This document shows positions 1 through 20,955 of a stretch of DNA of 64,000 nt, piece after piece (the stretch's first letter is position 1; each line of letters starts with the position of its first letter). Position numbers and translations under genes: made by a program. The notes beneath the pieces are model-generated. The model was not told where the DNA came from and did not search any database. It saw nothing but the letters and a program-made list of their open reading frames with translations. The stretch spans positions 62,001 to 126,000 of the forward strand of contig NIVC01000650.1 in the NCBI GenBank assembly GCA_002269645.1, given 5' to 3'. This DNA comes from Macrostomum lignano (Eukaryota).

Positions 1-772
1 TAAATTTCACTTATAGCTATAGTTCAAGGGCATAGGCTATCTGGAATGTAGCATTTTATTGCTCAAGCCAATATAGACAATAATTACTCCTAAAGACCTA
101 AGAGCAAGCGATTTTTGTTATTGATTGTAATAGGCCTACTTAGAAAAATCCATTTTTTATAGATAAGGCCTAGTAGTGCAAAAAGCCTTGTGTATAATAT
201 ACACAAGGCTATGGCATATCATAAAATTCATATTAAATGACACAATGATACAAATTTGCTAATTCTTTAGACAATATAAAAATAGAGCATCAAAATATAT
301 AACAAGAAAACCTTGTATTTTTTCTTGAATTCAATTGTTATGCAATATATTTGTTTTTGGTCATGATACATGGTAAGTAATGATTGCCAATTACAAAGCA
401 ACATTTCTGTATGACTTTTTTATTTGTTTAAAAAAACTGGCACATATGTCCAATGGATAATAAAAGAAATTGATGGAAAAGACTGTTGCCAATGACATTA
501 GTATTAATATTTACTTCATTTAAAATAAAATACTAACTGTAAGGATGAAAACGTTGAAAACTAAATAATACTAGAATTGATTGTGCCTTTTTTAGCACAA
601 TTCCAACAAAGCCAATTATATTTTCAACTTCGGAATGTCATAACAAGACTAGGACGCAAATAATAAACATCCATAATTATTTTTTCTAGCCTTTAGATGG
701 AATTTAGTATATTTAGAAGATTGTGAAATTACAACTGTGTTTCAGACAGAAGTAAAAACCCACACTTGTCAA

Positions 773-3700
773 ATGCAGCTTGGCAATTTGACTTTTCAGG
801 AGTGCCTGCTTTTGCAGTCTTGTCGACTGCATTCCAAAAGGCTGCCATTGTCACGTCTACCTGTGATTTATGGCCATCGTCTAGCAAGCACTGATAGTGG
901 AAGCAGTGGCGGCAATGCTGCCCCAAATAGATTGAATAATGCCTCAGCTAAGTCTTTATTCTTGTGTGGTCAGGAGTTCGAATCTGATGACTATACAAAT
1001 CTAACTGATCGAATTATTGAACAGGTTAACTGTGGACTGCACAGGCAACGGGGCCATCCGCTGTGGCTGCTGACTAACAGAATTGTGGGCCACTTCAATG
1101 CCAACTATACTAGGTTTGTCCTTGGCAGATAATATATTAATTTATGGTCGCCAAAACTCCATTCAAGATATCAATCCCATGTCACCACAATAGTACACTG
1201 AAGTTGTTAATCCCCTGTCACAACAAAAGTACACTCAAGCTATCAACCCCCTGTAACCAGAAAAGTACACTCAAGTTAATAATCCCCTGTCATCACAAAA
1301 GTACACGCAAGCTATAAATCCCGTCACCACAAAAGTACACTCAATGTATAAATCCCATCACCACAAAAGTATATTCAATGTATAAATCCCGTCACCACAA
1401 AAGTACATTCAATGTATAAATTCTGTCACCACAAAAGTACACTCAATGTATAAATTCTGTCACCGCAAAAGTACACTCAATGCATAAATCCCGTCTGAAC
1501 CACAAAAGTACTGAACTTATAAATCCCCAGGCGCCACAAAAGTACACTCAAGTTATAAATCCTGTCACCAAAAAAGTACACGCAAGTTATAAATCCCGTC
1601 ACCACAAAAGTACACTTGAGTTAATAATCATCTGTCATCACAAAAGTACACTCAATTCATTAATCCCGTCACCACAAATGTACACTCAATTTATCATTGC
1701 CTGTCACTCACTGTCAGTATAAAAGTACTGGTACACTCGAGATATATATCCCCTGTCACTACAAAAGTACACTCATGATATCAGCCATCTAATTGTGTGT
1801 ACATACACAATTCTTAGTACCCTACATATCCCGAATGTACGCGGAAATACCAGAACCAATGCAGCTTAAAACTAAAGTACAACTTTTTTATAACCATCTA
1901 AAAATTGGTAACCCTAAACCCTCCAATCGAATCCGCAGGTCCCGCTCCCGACCGCTATTCACAGTGGTGGACAATCTGTCGCCAATAGTGACTCCCGAGC
2001 AGAACTTTGACAGCCTGCTAATCCCGGCCGACCATCCCAGCCGGCGGCCGTCGGACGTGTACTATCTGAACCGGGGCCGCCTGCTACGCGGCCATACCAG
2101 CGCCCACCAATGCGACCTGCTCCGTCAGGGCCTCGACGCTTTCCTAGTCGTTGGCGACGTATATCGTCGCGACGAAATCGATCGCAGTCATTTCCCGGTG
2201 TTCCATCAGATGGAGGGAGTTCGAATCTATTCGCAGGAGCAGCTGTTTGCCGGGGCAAAGGATTCGGCTGACAGTTTGAGAATGTTCGATCGGAGCAGAA
2301 ATCGGACAGACGAGCAACAGGTGTGTCTTCACTGTCGTTCATTTGATACAGAAGTATCTTAGATTAAGTGCTCTTAAAATCAGAATGTTGTATAGATCTG
2401 AAAAAGTTTCGTCTGAGTAACAATCTTCCTGAAAACCAGATACTCCGTCTTTTCTAGAAACCAGATACAAGTCTCCTAGAAGTAGAAACCAGGTATTCCC
2501 AGTATTTTGTAGAAATCAAGTATACCTATCCTTTTCTAAGAAACCATGTATACCCAGTCTTTCCTAGAAACTTAAACCATGTATACCAAGTCTTTCCTAG
2601 AAACCAAGTACCCAGTCTTTTCTAGAAACCAAGTATACCCGTTCTTTCCTAGAAACCAAGTATACCCCGTCTTTCCTAGAAACCAAATATACCCAGTCTT
2701 TCCTAGAAACGAAGTATACCCAGTCTTTCCTAGAAACCAAATATACCCAGTCTTTCCTAGAAACCAAGTTACTCAGTCCTTGCTAGAACTCAAGTATACC
2801 CGTTCTTTCTTGGAAACCAAGTATACCCAGTCTTTCCTAGAAACCAAGTATACCCGTTCTTTCCAAGAAACCAAGTATACTCAGTCCTTGCTAGAACTCA
2901 AGTATACCCTTTCTTTCTTAGAAACCAAGTATACCCAGTCTTTCCTAGAAACCAAGTATACCCGTTCTTTCCTAGAAACCAAGTATACTCAGTCCTTGCT
3001 AGAACTCAAGTATACCCGTTCTTTCTTAGAAACCAAGTATACCCAGTCTTTCCTAGAAACCAAGTATACCCAGTCTTTCCTAGAAACAAAGTATATCCAG
3101 TCTTTTTAGAAACCAAATATACCCAGTCTTTCCTAGAAACCAAGTGTACCCAGTCTTTCCTAGAAACAAACTTTCGAATTCACACCAAACCAACTCGCAC
3201 CGCTCGCAGGCTGGCCACAGCGTGGAGACCAGCAAGCTGCTTGAGCACGAGCTCAAATCGTGCCTAGAAGGCCTGGCCCGCAGGCTGTTTGGCTCCTCTA
3301 TCGCGTACCGCTGGGTACCGGCGTATTTTCCTTTCACTCATCCGTCCTGGGAATTGGAGGTCCGGCACAGCCAATCAGACGGCGGGGAAGCCGATTGGAT
3401 GGAGATGCTGGGCTGCGGCATCGTCGAGCAGCGTCTGCTAGACGGCTGCGGCTTGCCCAATAGGACTGGCTGGGCCTTCGGTCTCGGCCTGGAGCGCTGG
3501 GCTATGCAGCTGTTCAGCGTGCCAGATATTCGCCTGTTCTGGTCCAAGGATCCGGCATTTCTGGCCCAGTTCGCCCAGCCCTGCCAGCCGGGCGCTGACC
3601 TGTGGCAGCCGGTCCAGTACAAGCCTATCAGCGTCTATCCGCCCTGTCCAATGGATTTAAGCTTCTGGTTACCAGCGGCAGATGCCAGTTTCCATAGCAA

Positions 3701-3917
3701 CGATTTCTACGATTTAGTCAGATCGATTGCCGGCGACCTGGTGGAGCAGGTGTCGCTAATTGATGAATTCCGGCATCCGAAGGACGGCCGAATGAGCCTG
3801 TGCTATCGGATTGTTTACAGATCGCACGAGCGGACCCTGACTAGCGAGGAGGCTCGAACAGTTCACGACCAGATTGCCAAGTCTGCTGTGACTCGTTGGG
3901 CCGTGCAGATTCGGTGA
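773..3917 (+). CDS. FARS2: Mitochondrial phenylalanyl-tRNA synthetase; join(773..1113,1939..2320,3210..3917), about 476 aa
   Basis: The translation follows human FARS2 from memory ([59 protein letters not shown]-terminal FDX-ACB domain [10 protein letters not shown]). Junctions AG|gtttgt..cgcag|G (phase 2) and CAG|gtgtgt..cgcag|GCT (phase 0) keep the frame. The N-terminus is R/L/S-rich like a presequence. The start ATG at 773 is tentative. Confidence 0.95.
1170..1780 (+). repeat. 34-bp minisatellite (aatgtataaatcccgtcaccacaaaagtacactc) in FARS2 intron 1
   Basis: Unit read directly; caccac recurs at 1325 and 1359. Confidence 0.95.
2430..3172 (+). repeat. 27-bp minisatellite (agaaaccaagtatacccagtctttcct) in FARS2 intron 2
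   Basis: Tandem units read directly; explains the repetitive ORF 2579..3109. Confidence 0.95.
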
Positions 3918-3971
3918 TAGCTCTCGGAGTGAAAGCTGTTTAGGGTCCTGGTTTTATAGTCTTTATTTAGC

Positions 3972-4250
3972 TCTCCCAATCCTTCATCTTCCAGTCTCCC
4001 AATCCCTCATCTCCCAGTCTCCCAATCCTTCATCTCCCAGTCTCCCAATCCTTCATCTCCCAGTCCCCCAATCCTTCATCTCCCAGTCTCTCAACCCTTC
4101 ATCTTTCAGTCTCCCAATCCTTTATCTCCCAGTCTCCCAATCCTTCATCTTCCAGTCTCCCAATCCCTCATCTCCCAGTCTCCCAATCCTTCATCCCCCA
4201 GTCTCCCAATCGTTTATCTCCCAGTCTCCCAACCCTTAGTCTCCCGGATC
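3972..4250 (+). repeat. 23-bp minisatellite (ctcccaatccttcatctcccagt) just 3' of the FARS2 stop
   Basis: Tandem units read directly. Confidence 0.95.
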
Positions 4251-4664
4251 TCCCAGTTTTCCAATTCCAGTTTTTCATCGTAATAAGTCCTATAAAATTA
4301 ATTGCTAGATAATAATACTCATTTAGTCTGGATTTCGCAATTCATAACATATTTTAGGCCAATTTCAACTGTTAGCTTGTGTCAGTTTTCTAGCATCAGA
4401 TTTTTGTCACGGCGATTTCAATTAAAATTGTACTAACTGCTACTCTGTACTTTATACGAGTATTTAATAAAGGATATCAAATTCGTTCGTAAAAAAGTTT
4501 TTCTACGTTTTATCATTTTCTGTTAAATTGCTTAGCTCGCTACTATCAGTACAATGAAGGAAGAGGGTTTGTTTCTATTTAATTGCATTCTTGGCGTTTC
4601 TTCTCGACGGCATTCCATATGACCTGCCTATAATAGAACTGTCCATCGGTTTTAAATCGGCTAC

Positions 4665-5082
4665 AGCTACTGGACCCTGCTTAGGAAACTGCCCCTGCGG
4701 CTACTGAGCCCTGCTTAGGAAACTGCCCCTGCAGCTACTGAGCCCTGCTTAGGAAACTGCCACACAGCTACTGAGCCCTGCTTAGGAAACTGCCCCTGCA
4801 GCTACTGAGCCCTGCTTAGGAAACTGCCCCTGCAGCTACTGAGCCCTGCTTAGGAAACTGCCCCTGCAGCTACTGAGCCCTGATTAGGAAACTGCCCCTG
4901 CAGCTACTGAGCCCTGCTTAGGAAACTGCCCCTGCAGCTACTGAGCCCTGCTTAGGAAACTGCCACACAGCTACTGAGCCCTGCTTAGGAAACTGCCCCT
5001 GCAGCTACTGAGTCCTGCTTAGGAAACTGCCCCTGCAGCTACTGAGCCCTGCTTAGGAAACTGCCACACAGCTACTGAGTCC
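4665..5082 (+). repeat. 34-bp minisatellite (gctactgagccctgcttaggaaactgcccctgca), about 12 copies
   Basis: Tandem units read directly. Confidence 0.95.
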
Positions 5083-6170
5083 TTTATAAACCACTTCTTT
5101 GCCTTTGTGCCTGAAGCACAGGTACAAGTGTCCTATAGCTCTGTAAAATCGTAGTAGCTCATTGTACACTAAGTTGGTATATTTTCGCAACAAGCTATAC
5201 TGTCACACTTTCACAAATATGCATATGTATCATTTTCAATCGTTAATGCGTTCCATACAAGCCCATATAATTTATTACCGTCAGCAATGGCTCAGTCTCA
5301 CATAGCAGAGTTTTCATGCTGTAGCAACATCAGGAAACTAGCTAGCTAGCTACTCATTGCTCCCTCGGGTTTTAGTAACAATTTTGTCGATAAGCGAGCG
5401 TGAGAACTAATAGCGAGAAAGCAGATAGCAGATAGAGAGAGGAACATGAGTAGAGAGTAGAGACGGAACTTTTTGTCTGCCTTATGCTCAGATCGACAAG
5501 ACGTTTTGCCTCGCCGAGCGCATATCCGTTCTGGCGGAAGCAAACTGGTTTTTTAGAGTAACATCAGCAGAGGCAGCGATGCAAAGCAACGGCACAGGGG
5601 TTAGCCCTTTCTTATCTTGTTTGCCTGTTGCAAAACGAATAGCTTATATTGCTGCTACTAGAAGGAAGCAAATCCCTCAGGCATATTCTAGCATATAGCA
5701 AACCAATGCCCCTAGGTAGGGAAGCGCATTATACCTGTTTTTATAACGAAGCTAATCAAGTGTACCCCGACGCGAAGAATCCTAAATTAGACGAAAGATC
5801 CGCAGCCCTCTTAGTCTGCGCTCTTTTTGAGTAGCATTAGCTAGCATTTTTTCTGCTGATTTTTCTACACCTTAATTTCTGCTTCAGCGCTTTTTTGAGC
5901 TGCTTTTTCCAGTGCCTACCTGTTCTTAGTCGCCTCTGTCAAATTATAATCCCTTCTTCTTTAAAGAATACTGTCATTGCAGGCTGTGTTAGTCTGTTCC
6001 TATGCTATTCTCTTCCCCCCTCCCATGTCTCACAAAGCGCGGAGCCACGGACATCTGGAATAGGGAATCTGGAAAAAGATTTAAAAACCGTTAAAGGGTA
6101 CAAGTAGAGCAGCTCAGCGTTAGAATAGCTGAATTCTCGCTCATAAGAGCCCAGAGATGGGAGTACGACG

Positions 6171-6918
6171 TTTGCTTGCGAGAAGTCTGCTTGCAGGAAT
6201 TTTGCTAGCCGAACTTTGCTTGCCGAGCTTTGCTTGCGGAATTTTGCCTGCCAAACTTTGCTTGCCGAAGTTTGCTTGCGGAATTTTGATGTCTGCTTCC
6301 TAGAAATTCGCAATCACAATTGCAAGGTTTTAACTTGCCGAATTAGAATATTTTCTTGTCTGCTTGCTTGTTTTGATTGCTTGTGAAGTGGGTCCGTCAA
6401 TTATTACTTAATACAGATGCTTTGCAAGTGGATTCTTATCAGCGTCGACGTAAACTGACTTGACACTGAGCTTTCAAACTAGGCTTATAGAGTTTCATTC
6501 TAAGAATTTAGGGGTTGCAATATAGAGCTGTCGTAGCGTAAGTTCGATCGTACGTCGGAACTTTTACACTACGGAGATGGGAGCTAAGAACGATCTTATC
6601 TTACGATGTTCTGCATTAGGGCTTTACAAATCCGCCATATCCTCATACAAAATCATAACACTATAGGCGACTTCCACGAATCTTAGAAAACAAAAATTAG
6701 AAATACAAGAGCTCAATAATAGATTCTCTAAGGTTCCGCAAGAAAACTGTGGCTGGCAAATCTCGGCAAGCAAAGTTCCTGCAAGCAAACTTCGGCAAGC
6801 TTATGTGCAGCAAGCAAATTTCCTGCAAGAAAAATTCTGCAAGCAAAGTTCGGCAAGCAAAATTCGGCAGGCAAAGTTCGGCAAGCAGACTTCGGCAAGC
6901 TAACTTCTCACGAGCAAA
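6171..6918. mobile_element. Foldback-like element: inverted arms built from ~14-15-bp sub-repeats (tttgcttgccgaac) around a ~450-bp spacer
   Basis: Left arm 6171-6300 starts tttgcttgcgagaagt. Right arm 6755-6918 ends acttctcacgagcaaa, a near reverse complement. No TSD found. Confidence 0.55.
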
Positions 6919-7426
6919 TTTCATAGACCCCCCAGAGATTGTACATGCTTGATGATGATTAGAAAGTCAGGGTCGGTGTACACCCTGTGTGAGCGTACAT
7001 GCCTGCAGTACAGTATTCGCGCGCATTTTCATGCCCACTTCTTGACTTACTTAAATTAGCTTCCCCTATTATTCTTTTAGTTGATTTATTCAAATTAAGT
7101 TTGTTAGTTTATTATGCTTCGTAAATTGGAACATGTTAATAACAGTTAGGTTTTCATTCCAGAATTTGCGCTAGTGTAGAAGTCCTTGACTCGGCCATTT
7201 TTGTAGCGTCCCACAGCTACAGCTAGTTATTAATCGGATTGGATGCTGCAGCTAGCGGAGAGTATGGGCGGACATGGGCGGCTGGGTGTTTTTTGCTTAT
7301 TTCCTAACCTCTAGTCTATCCTCTCTGCCCCTCTCGATTCAACTGAATATTAACTAACCTCGCTTTTAGCGCTCTGCTAAACCCCGTGACAGTTTCGCAT
7401 TGCCTGATATTCCTTAATTCCTACAG

Positions 7427-8220
7427 GTGTCGCTTCGCTTTTTTCAGCATCTTCTGTAGCAATTCTACTAGAGGCTATGCCTGATCCTGCAGTTAGAGCA
7501 GCTAATAGAGTAAGATTAATTTTTGCATGACTTCATGTTACATCTCAGCGTCGCTTTTATGTTATAGTTATAAGTATATTTATTGCATTTGCGTTTCCAT
7601 TCCAGGCGCAATACGACAGTCAAGTTTCTCTAGAAGCAGCAGCGGTAGTAACGACAGATAGAGAAGTTTCCGAATATTTAGTTTCAACACTAACGCCCCC
7701 AGTGGCTGGTAATGCAAGCACAGTAGTATCTGCTGCAACCGCTCCTACCGCAGAGTTCTTACCAGGTCTAACCATTCTGCTTGGCATTGCCGTCATAGTA
7801 TTGTCACTAATCCTATTAGTAATCTGCTGTCGCCACTATTGTCCTTGTTGTCGTTGGTATCGACGAGATCATCGATTTAACTATAATGATAATAACAATA
7901 TTGAACAGTTTTACGATCACAGCGATGCCTCGGTTGGTGGTGCGTTTCTACATGACGCCTTAGTTGGCAAGAAGCATGTGCCGGTGATCTTTGCCGAAGA
8001 GCTGGAAGCTGCCGCCGAAGTTGAAGCGATGTCATTGGGCACGTCCCGTCCGATGGTGCTACCTGTGGAAAGGCCGCCTGTTGAAATGCCGGCCATTTTC
8101 GATGACGAAGAAGAGAATGGCGAACACATGGACGCAGACGAAGCCGTTCGCATGGTGGGTGGAGTTGGCAGCTTTGAGCGCCTTCGCTATGGTAACAAGC
8201 CACCGCCGCCTCCGCCTTGA
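7427..8220 (+). CDS. Uncharacterised single-pass membrane protein; probable join(7427..7509,7606..8220), 5' end unresolved
   Basis: The frame is open from acceptor ttccag|GCG at 7606 to the stop at 8220. It encodes an S/T-rich segment with an NAS sequon, a hydrophobic helix LTILLGIAVIVLSLILLVI, juxtamembrane CCRHYCPCC and an acidic tail ending KPPPPPP. Upstream exon 7427-7509 (tacag|..AGA|gtaaga) is open in the same frame. Confidence 0.6.
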
Positions 8221-9639
8221 CGAGACCAGCTGGCTGACCAGCCTTCAAGCTGACTTGGATTAGGTTTCTGACTTGGATCAATGCTACTCTGCCTGAAATA
8301 ATAATCATAAATATTTTTTCTAAGAAACACTGTTGACGATTGGGAATTATTGTAACAAGAAAAACAGCTGCCATCGTCTTAAACAATTTCGGAGAATCCT
8401 CCTTATCTATTTGTAAAAAGTTGCGTTTAAACAGCGTTGAAAAAATCTCCCTAAGCGATATGAAAGAATAACCCTTACTGTAAAGTCACATAATCTTAAT
8501 ATCCTTTAAAAGTCTTGAACGAGTCTCACTTCGTTCTCTCGAGTCTTAAACAATTGACCTTGATGGGTCCTTACTAATCGCCTATAAACTGTCCTAAAGA
8601 ATCTCCCTTTAGTAGGAATCGCACTTGAACGTTCTTAAAGAATAGGCTTGAACAGACTTGGACTATCTTCTTAAAACAGTCGTGAAGCATTGCCCTTGAA
8701 CTGTGTTGAAAAATTACCGTGAAACAGACTTGAAGAATCGCCCTTAAAACAGTCCTGAAGGATTGCCCTTGAATTGTCTTGAAAGATTACCGTGAAATGC
8801 TTGAAGAATCGCCCTTAAACAGTCTAACTTGGATTGTGTTGAAAACATACCAAGAAACAGTCCTAAAGAGTCGCTGGGCAAAAGTATTTCCTTATTACCG
8901 CTAAAGTATTCCGCACAGACCAGTTGCACGCGTTCGTGCATTCAATCTTTTTCTTTCTGCGAAGAATAGGTTTTTTGTATCGAAACATTTTTTGCTCAAT
9001 TTGACTCTAAGTGGAACGGATATTGCTTTAAAAAATGCACATTTTTAGTAGCGCCCAAACTACGAGTGTACTCGCGTTTTCGTTTGAGATTTTTTGCACC
9101 AATGCAGCTTTGGTTTCAGCATGTATAAGAGCGTACCATAATCTAGTAGCCATCAATTTTTCTGTAGTTTCTCTAAAGTATTTAAGCACAGAGATATGCT
9201 CGTATATGCTTTCTTAATGTAACATGTATATTACTTTTATATGTGATTTGATTTGATTTCGCCGTATCTATTTCATTGAAACTCTAATTGGATACGAAAT
9301 TAAGCTTGTTTCGATTCAACTTAAATTGATTGATTCCGGTCACAAAATCTGGGCAGAAAAATGACAATTTATTCGCTTCTAAAAGTGTCTTCCACCGTTG
9401 CACTGCCTGTACTTCCCGTGTATTTAAAACGATTGGCTAACATAATTATATAAATGCGGTTTAGTTTTAATATATATATATATATATAGCATTTCCCACT
9501 GAATTGGGTCCTGCGAAGCCATTTAAAATCTATGTACATCTGTCGTCATGCATCTAACTAGACAACTCAATACGGAACAGCACAACAGAACAAATGAGCC
9601 ATCGTACTGATTAATCAGTTCCTAAAAGTTACCAAAACT

Positions 9640-9871
9640 CCAAGAAGATAAAGCAACGCGTGTACGTATTTGTTCATCGTGCAGTTTCTTGTGACGTCTG
9701 ACGCCTTTTTGGTGAACGATCTCGGCGTCCAGTTGTCTCGTATCGTCTTCTGATTGAGTAGAGAGTTCGGATCTTTACATTCAGCCACGGATCGCAATTG
9801 CCAATGGTGCTTCTCCACGTTCCATACTCTCTGATTGCTCCTAAATTGACTGGAACGACAGCTTTGGCCAT
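9640..9871 (-). mobile_element. Possible decayed Tc1/mariner-type transposase N-terminal HTH fragment
   Basis: Across frameshifts it reads AIRE-MERGEAPLAIA-PWLNVKIRTLYSIRRRYETTG...GVRRHKKLHDEQ, resembling the xxIAxxLNVSxSTVYRxxKRYxETG...GRPRKL pattern. No DDE domain or TIRs seen. Confidence 0.3.
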
Positions 9872-10084
9872 AGAACACCCCTATAGCTATGTGAATTCAT
9901 GTAGGCGTTTTTTTTCCTTTAGGACTCTACATTGACTGCTCGCAGGGCCAAATTAAGTGGGAAATGCTATGTCTATGGTAAATAATGTAAGTAAATACTT
10001 CACTTAGCCATAGACAATGAAGCCAGTCAAACTGATACATACAATCTATCGGACAGCTCGCAGTTCAAAGCTGCACTCTTTCCC

Positions 10085-10472
10085 CATGGATGAATGAATA
10101 GAATGGATTGCTATTCTGGCTCTGGCTATTTTCGTTTTTGACTCTTTTGCATCCGGTTCCCCCCGTGCCTTTTCATTGGTTGATGATTGCCATAGACAGT
10201 TTTCGGCCTTCGCCCCTTTCTTTCGATGCACAAGCGCAAAGAACTGAGAATGTCAGTTACTTGCAGAGAATATCGAGCGCTCGTAGGTCTTCCCCTTTAT
10301 TTCAAAACACGAGCGAAAGCGCTTGTGCATCGAAAGAAAGGGGCGAAGGCCGAAAATTGTCTATGGCAATCATCAACCAATGAAAAGGCACGGGGGGGAA
10401 CCGGATGCAAAAGAGTCAAAAACGAAAATAGCCAGAGCCAGAATAGCAATCCATTATATTCATTCATCCATG
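10085..10472. mobile_element. hAT-like MITE with ~153-bp terminal inverted repeats and a perfect 8-bp TSD
   Basis: Arms 10085-10237 and 10319-10472 are near-perfect reverse complements (catggatgaatgaat...). TSD tctttccc sits at 10077-10084 and 10473-10480. An 8-bp TSD fits hAT (or P). Confidence 0.9.
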
Positions 10473-11344
10473 TCTTTCCCCCAGACTGACAGCAAAGATA
10501 GTTGTTTCAGGCTCTGCTCTCTAGTTAAATGACAAGCAAGTTAAGAATTTCTAAGTTCTGCTTACATAACTTTACTACATTTGGTTCCGATTGTAATCAT
10601 TTAGCAACTAACAAAAGCAGTTGTTATTAAAGAAATGAGAGATTATTTATATCAAAGTTGAATTCCCACTAGAGTTTTAAAAACAGTCCAGACACACTGA
10701 AAGCAATTCTTAATTCAGCAACAAAGGACCTGTCAACACTTAGGCTCATAAAGTGAAGCCTGGGTAACCTATGTATAAAGATGTTGCATTATTTTGCTCA
10801 CAGTGTCACTAAGAAGCTGGGTTTGGCAGATAAGCGAAGAAAATTGGAATTTGGATGAGGGAGAACAAGCAAAGGGATAATCGGGGACTCCTTTTTATGT
10901 GCTTAAGTTGAAATTATAGTCCATAATCACAATCCCCAATCCCAAGATTGTGATATTGTGATTGAAAATACTCTATTATTACTACTTATTTGCTAGTTGG
11001 CTGTGAACATGTTTTTTCTATTTAAAATGATTGTATTGCTATTTTTGCGAAAATATTTTTGCTCATTTATAGCTAGTCAATTGTTATCCGCAATTTTTTC
11101 TAATTGATTGCATGCCTTTTGCAAAGGTAAACTTTTCCAAACAATGTCAATTAAGTTTACTAATTCTGCTTCCGTTACAACTAAAACTTTACTACTGTAC
11201 TAGTTTACATGTATTATAAGTATTATAGATTTTACTAGCTAAATAATAATGCAATAAAAAATGGTGCAATGTTTTTAGAAGCTATCAGCAAAGTTTTTGT
11301 TATTTATTTACACAAATCTTGGCCAACCCTATAACTATAAACCC

Positions 11345-12440
11345 TACCATTAACACAGCTCCTGCCCAACCCCTTCCCCCATGTCGCACAGCTCTTTCCT
11401 GCTATCCGTTACCATTATGTACACAGCTCCTGCCCAACCCCTTCCCCCATGTCGCACAGCTCTTTCCTGCTATCCGTTACCATTATGTACACAGCTCCTG
11501 CCCAACCCCTTCCCCCATGTCGCACAGCTCTTTCCTGCTATCCGTTACCATTATGTACACAGCTCCTGCCCAAACCCTTCCCCCATGTCGCACAGCTCTT
11601 TCCTGCTATCCGTTACCATTATGTACACAGCTCCTGCCCAACCTCTTCCCCCCATGTCGCACAGCTCTTTCCTGCTATCCGTTACCATTATGTACACAGC
11701 TCCTGCCCAACCCTTCCCCCATGTCGCACAGCTCTTTCCTGCTATCCGTTACCATTATGTACACAGCTCCTGCCCAACCCCTTCCCCCATGTCGCACAGC
11801 TCTTTCCTGCTATCCGTTACCATTATGTACACAGCTCCTGCCCAAACCCTTCCCCCCATGTCGCACAGCTCTTTCCTGCTATCCGTTACCATTATGTACA
11901 CAGCTCCTGCCCAACCTCTTCCCCCCATGTCGCACAGCTCTTTCCTGCTATCCGTTACCATTATGTACACAGCTCCTGCCCAACCCCTTCCCCCATGTCG
12001 CACAGCTCTTTCCTGCTATCCGTTACCATTATGTACACAGCTCCTGCCCAACCCCTTCCCCATGTCGCACAGCTCTTTCCTGCTATCCGTTACCATTATG
12101 TACACAGCTCCTGCCCAAACCCTTCCCCCCATGTCGCACAGCTCTTTCCTGCTATCCGTTACCATTATGTACACAGCTCCTGCCCCACCCCTTACCCCCA
12201 TGTCGCACAGCTCTTTCCTGCTATCCGTTACCATTATGTACACAGCTCCTGCCCTACCCCTTCCCCCCATGTCGCACAGCTCTTTCCTGCTATCCGTTAC
12301 CATTATGTACACAGCTCCTGCCCTACCCCTTCCCCTTATGTACACAGCTCCTGCCCTACCCCTTCCCCTTATGTACACAGCTCCTGCCCTACCCCTTCCC
12401 CTTATGTACACAGATCCTGCCCTACCCCTTCCCTCTACGT
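11345..12440 (+). repeat. 68-69-bp minisatellite (cacagctcctgcccaaccccttccccccatgtcgcacagctctttcctgctatccgttaccattatgta), ending in 33-bp truncated units
   Basis: Tandem units read directly; explains the three overlapping repetitive ORFs. Confidence 0.95.
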
Positions 12441-12600
12441 ACACAGATCACTTCTACAACCTATTTCTTTATCCTTAATCTTCATCGTAAAATAATTCTT
12501 GTGCATACAAACTGTTTCAGCTTGAAAATTGTGGCCGCTCAAAGTGGCACCATCTGCAGCGTACTTCTAGCAAAGCAGGCCAGTCCTTGTCAAGATAAGA

Positions 12601-20275
<7,675 letters not shown>

Positions 20276-20404
20276 GTGCGTACTCCTGACTTTGAATTCC
20301 TGCTTGGTAAACATTGCATATTGGCTGTACACAGAATAGGGATTAGCTGTGTACAGATTAGGGATCGGCTATGTAAAGTTGAATGATTGGTTGTGTAAAG
20401 CTGT

Positions 20405-20940
20405 TTAATTGATTTAGCTGCGTACAAATGTTGAGTTAGCTGTGTACAGATGTTTAGTTAGCTGTGTACAGATGTTGAGTTAGCTGTGTACAGATGTTGA
20501 GTTAGCTGTGTACAGATGTTGAGTTAGCTGTGTACAGATGTTGATTTAGCTGCGTACAGATGTTGAGTTAGCTGTGTACAGATGTTGAGTTAGCTGTGTA
20601 CAAATGTTGAGTTAGCTGTGTACAGATGTTGAGTTAGCTGTGTACAGATGTTGAGTTAGCTGTGTACAGATGTTGAGTTAGCTGTGTACAGATGTTGAGT
20701 TAGCTGTGTACAAATGTTGAGTTAGCTGTGTACAGATGTTGAGTTAGCTGTGTACAAATGTTGAGTTAGCTGTGTACAAATGTTGAGTTAGCTGTGTACA
20801 AATGTTGAGTTAGCTGTGTACAAATGTTGAGTTAACTGTGTACAGATATTGAATTAGCTGTGTACAGATGTTGAATTAGCTGTGTACAGATGTTGAATTA
20901 GCTGTGTACAGATGTTAAATTAGCTGTGTACAAATGTTTA
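20405..20940 (+). repeat. 22-bp minisatellite (gttgagttagctgtgtacagat)
   Basis: Tandem units read directly. Confidence 0.95.
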
Positions 20941-20955
20941 ATTGTCCCTGCACAG

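Noticed and set aside
5346-6107. Short ORFs between FARS2 and the foldback element
   Set aside because: No homology or motif; lengths expected by chance
20287-20306. Stop-codon readthrough or selenocysteine (TGA CTT TGA) linking the exon to donor 20307 and the ZnF exon
   Set aside because: Needs two TGA recodings and no SECIS was seen; the donor at 20276 is simpler
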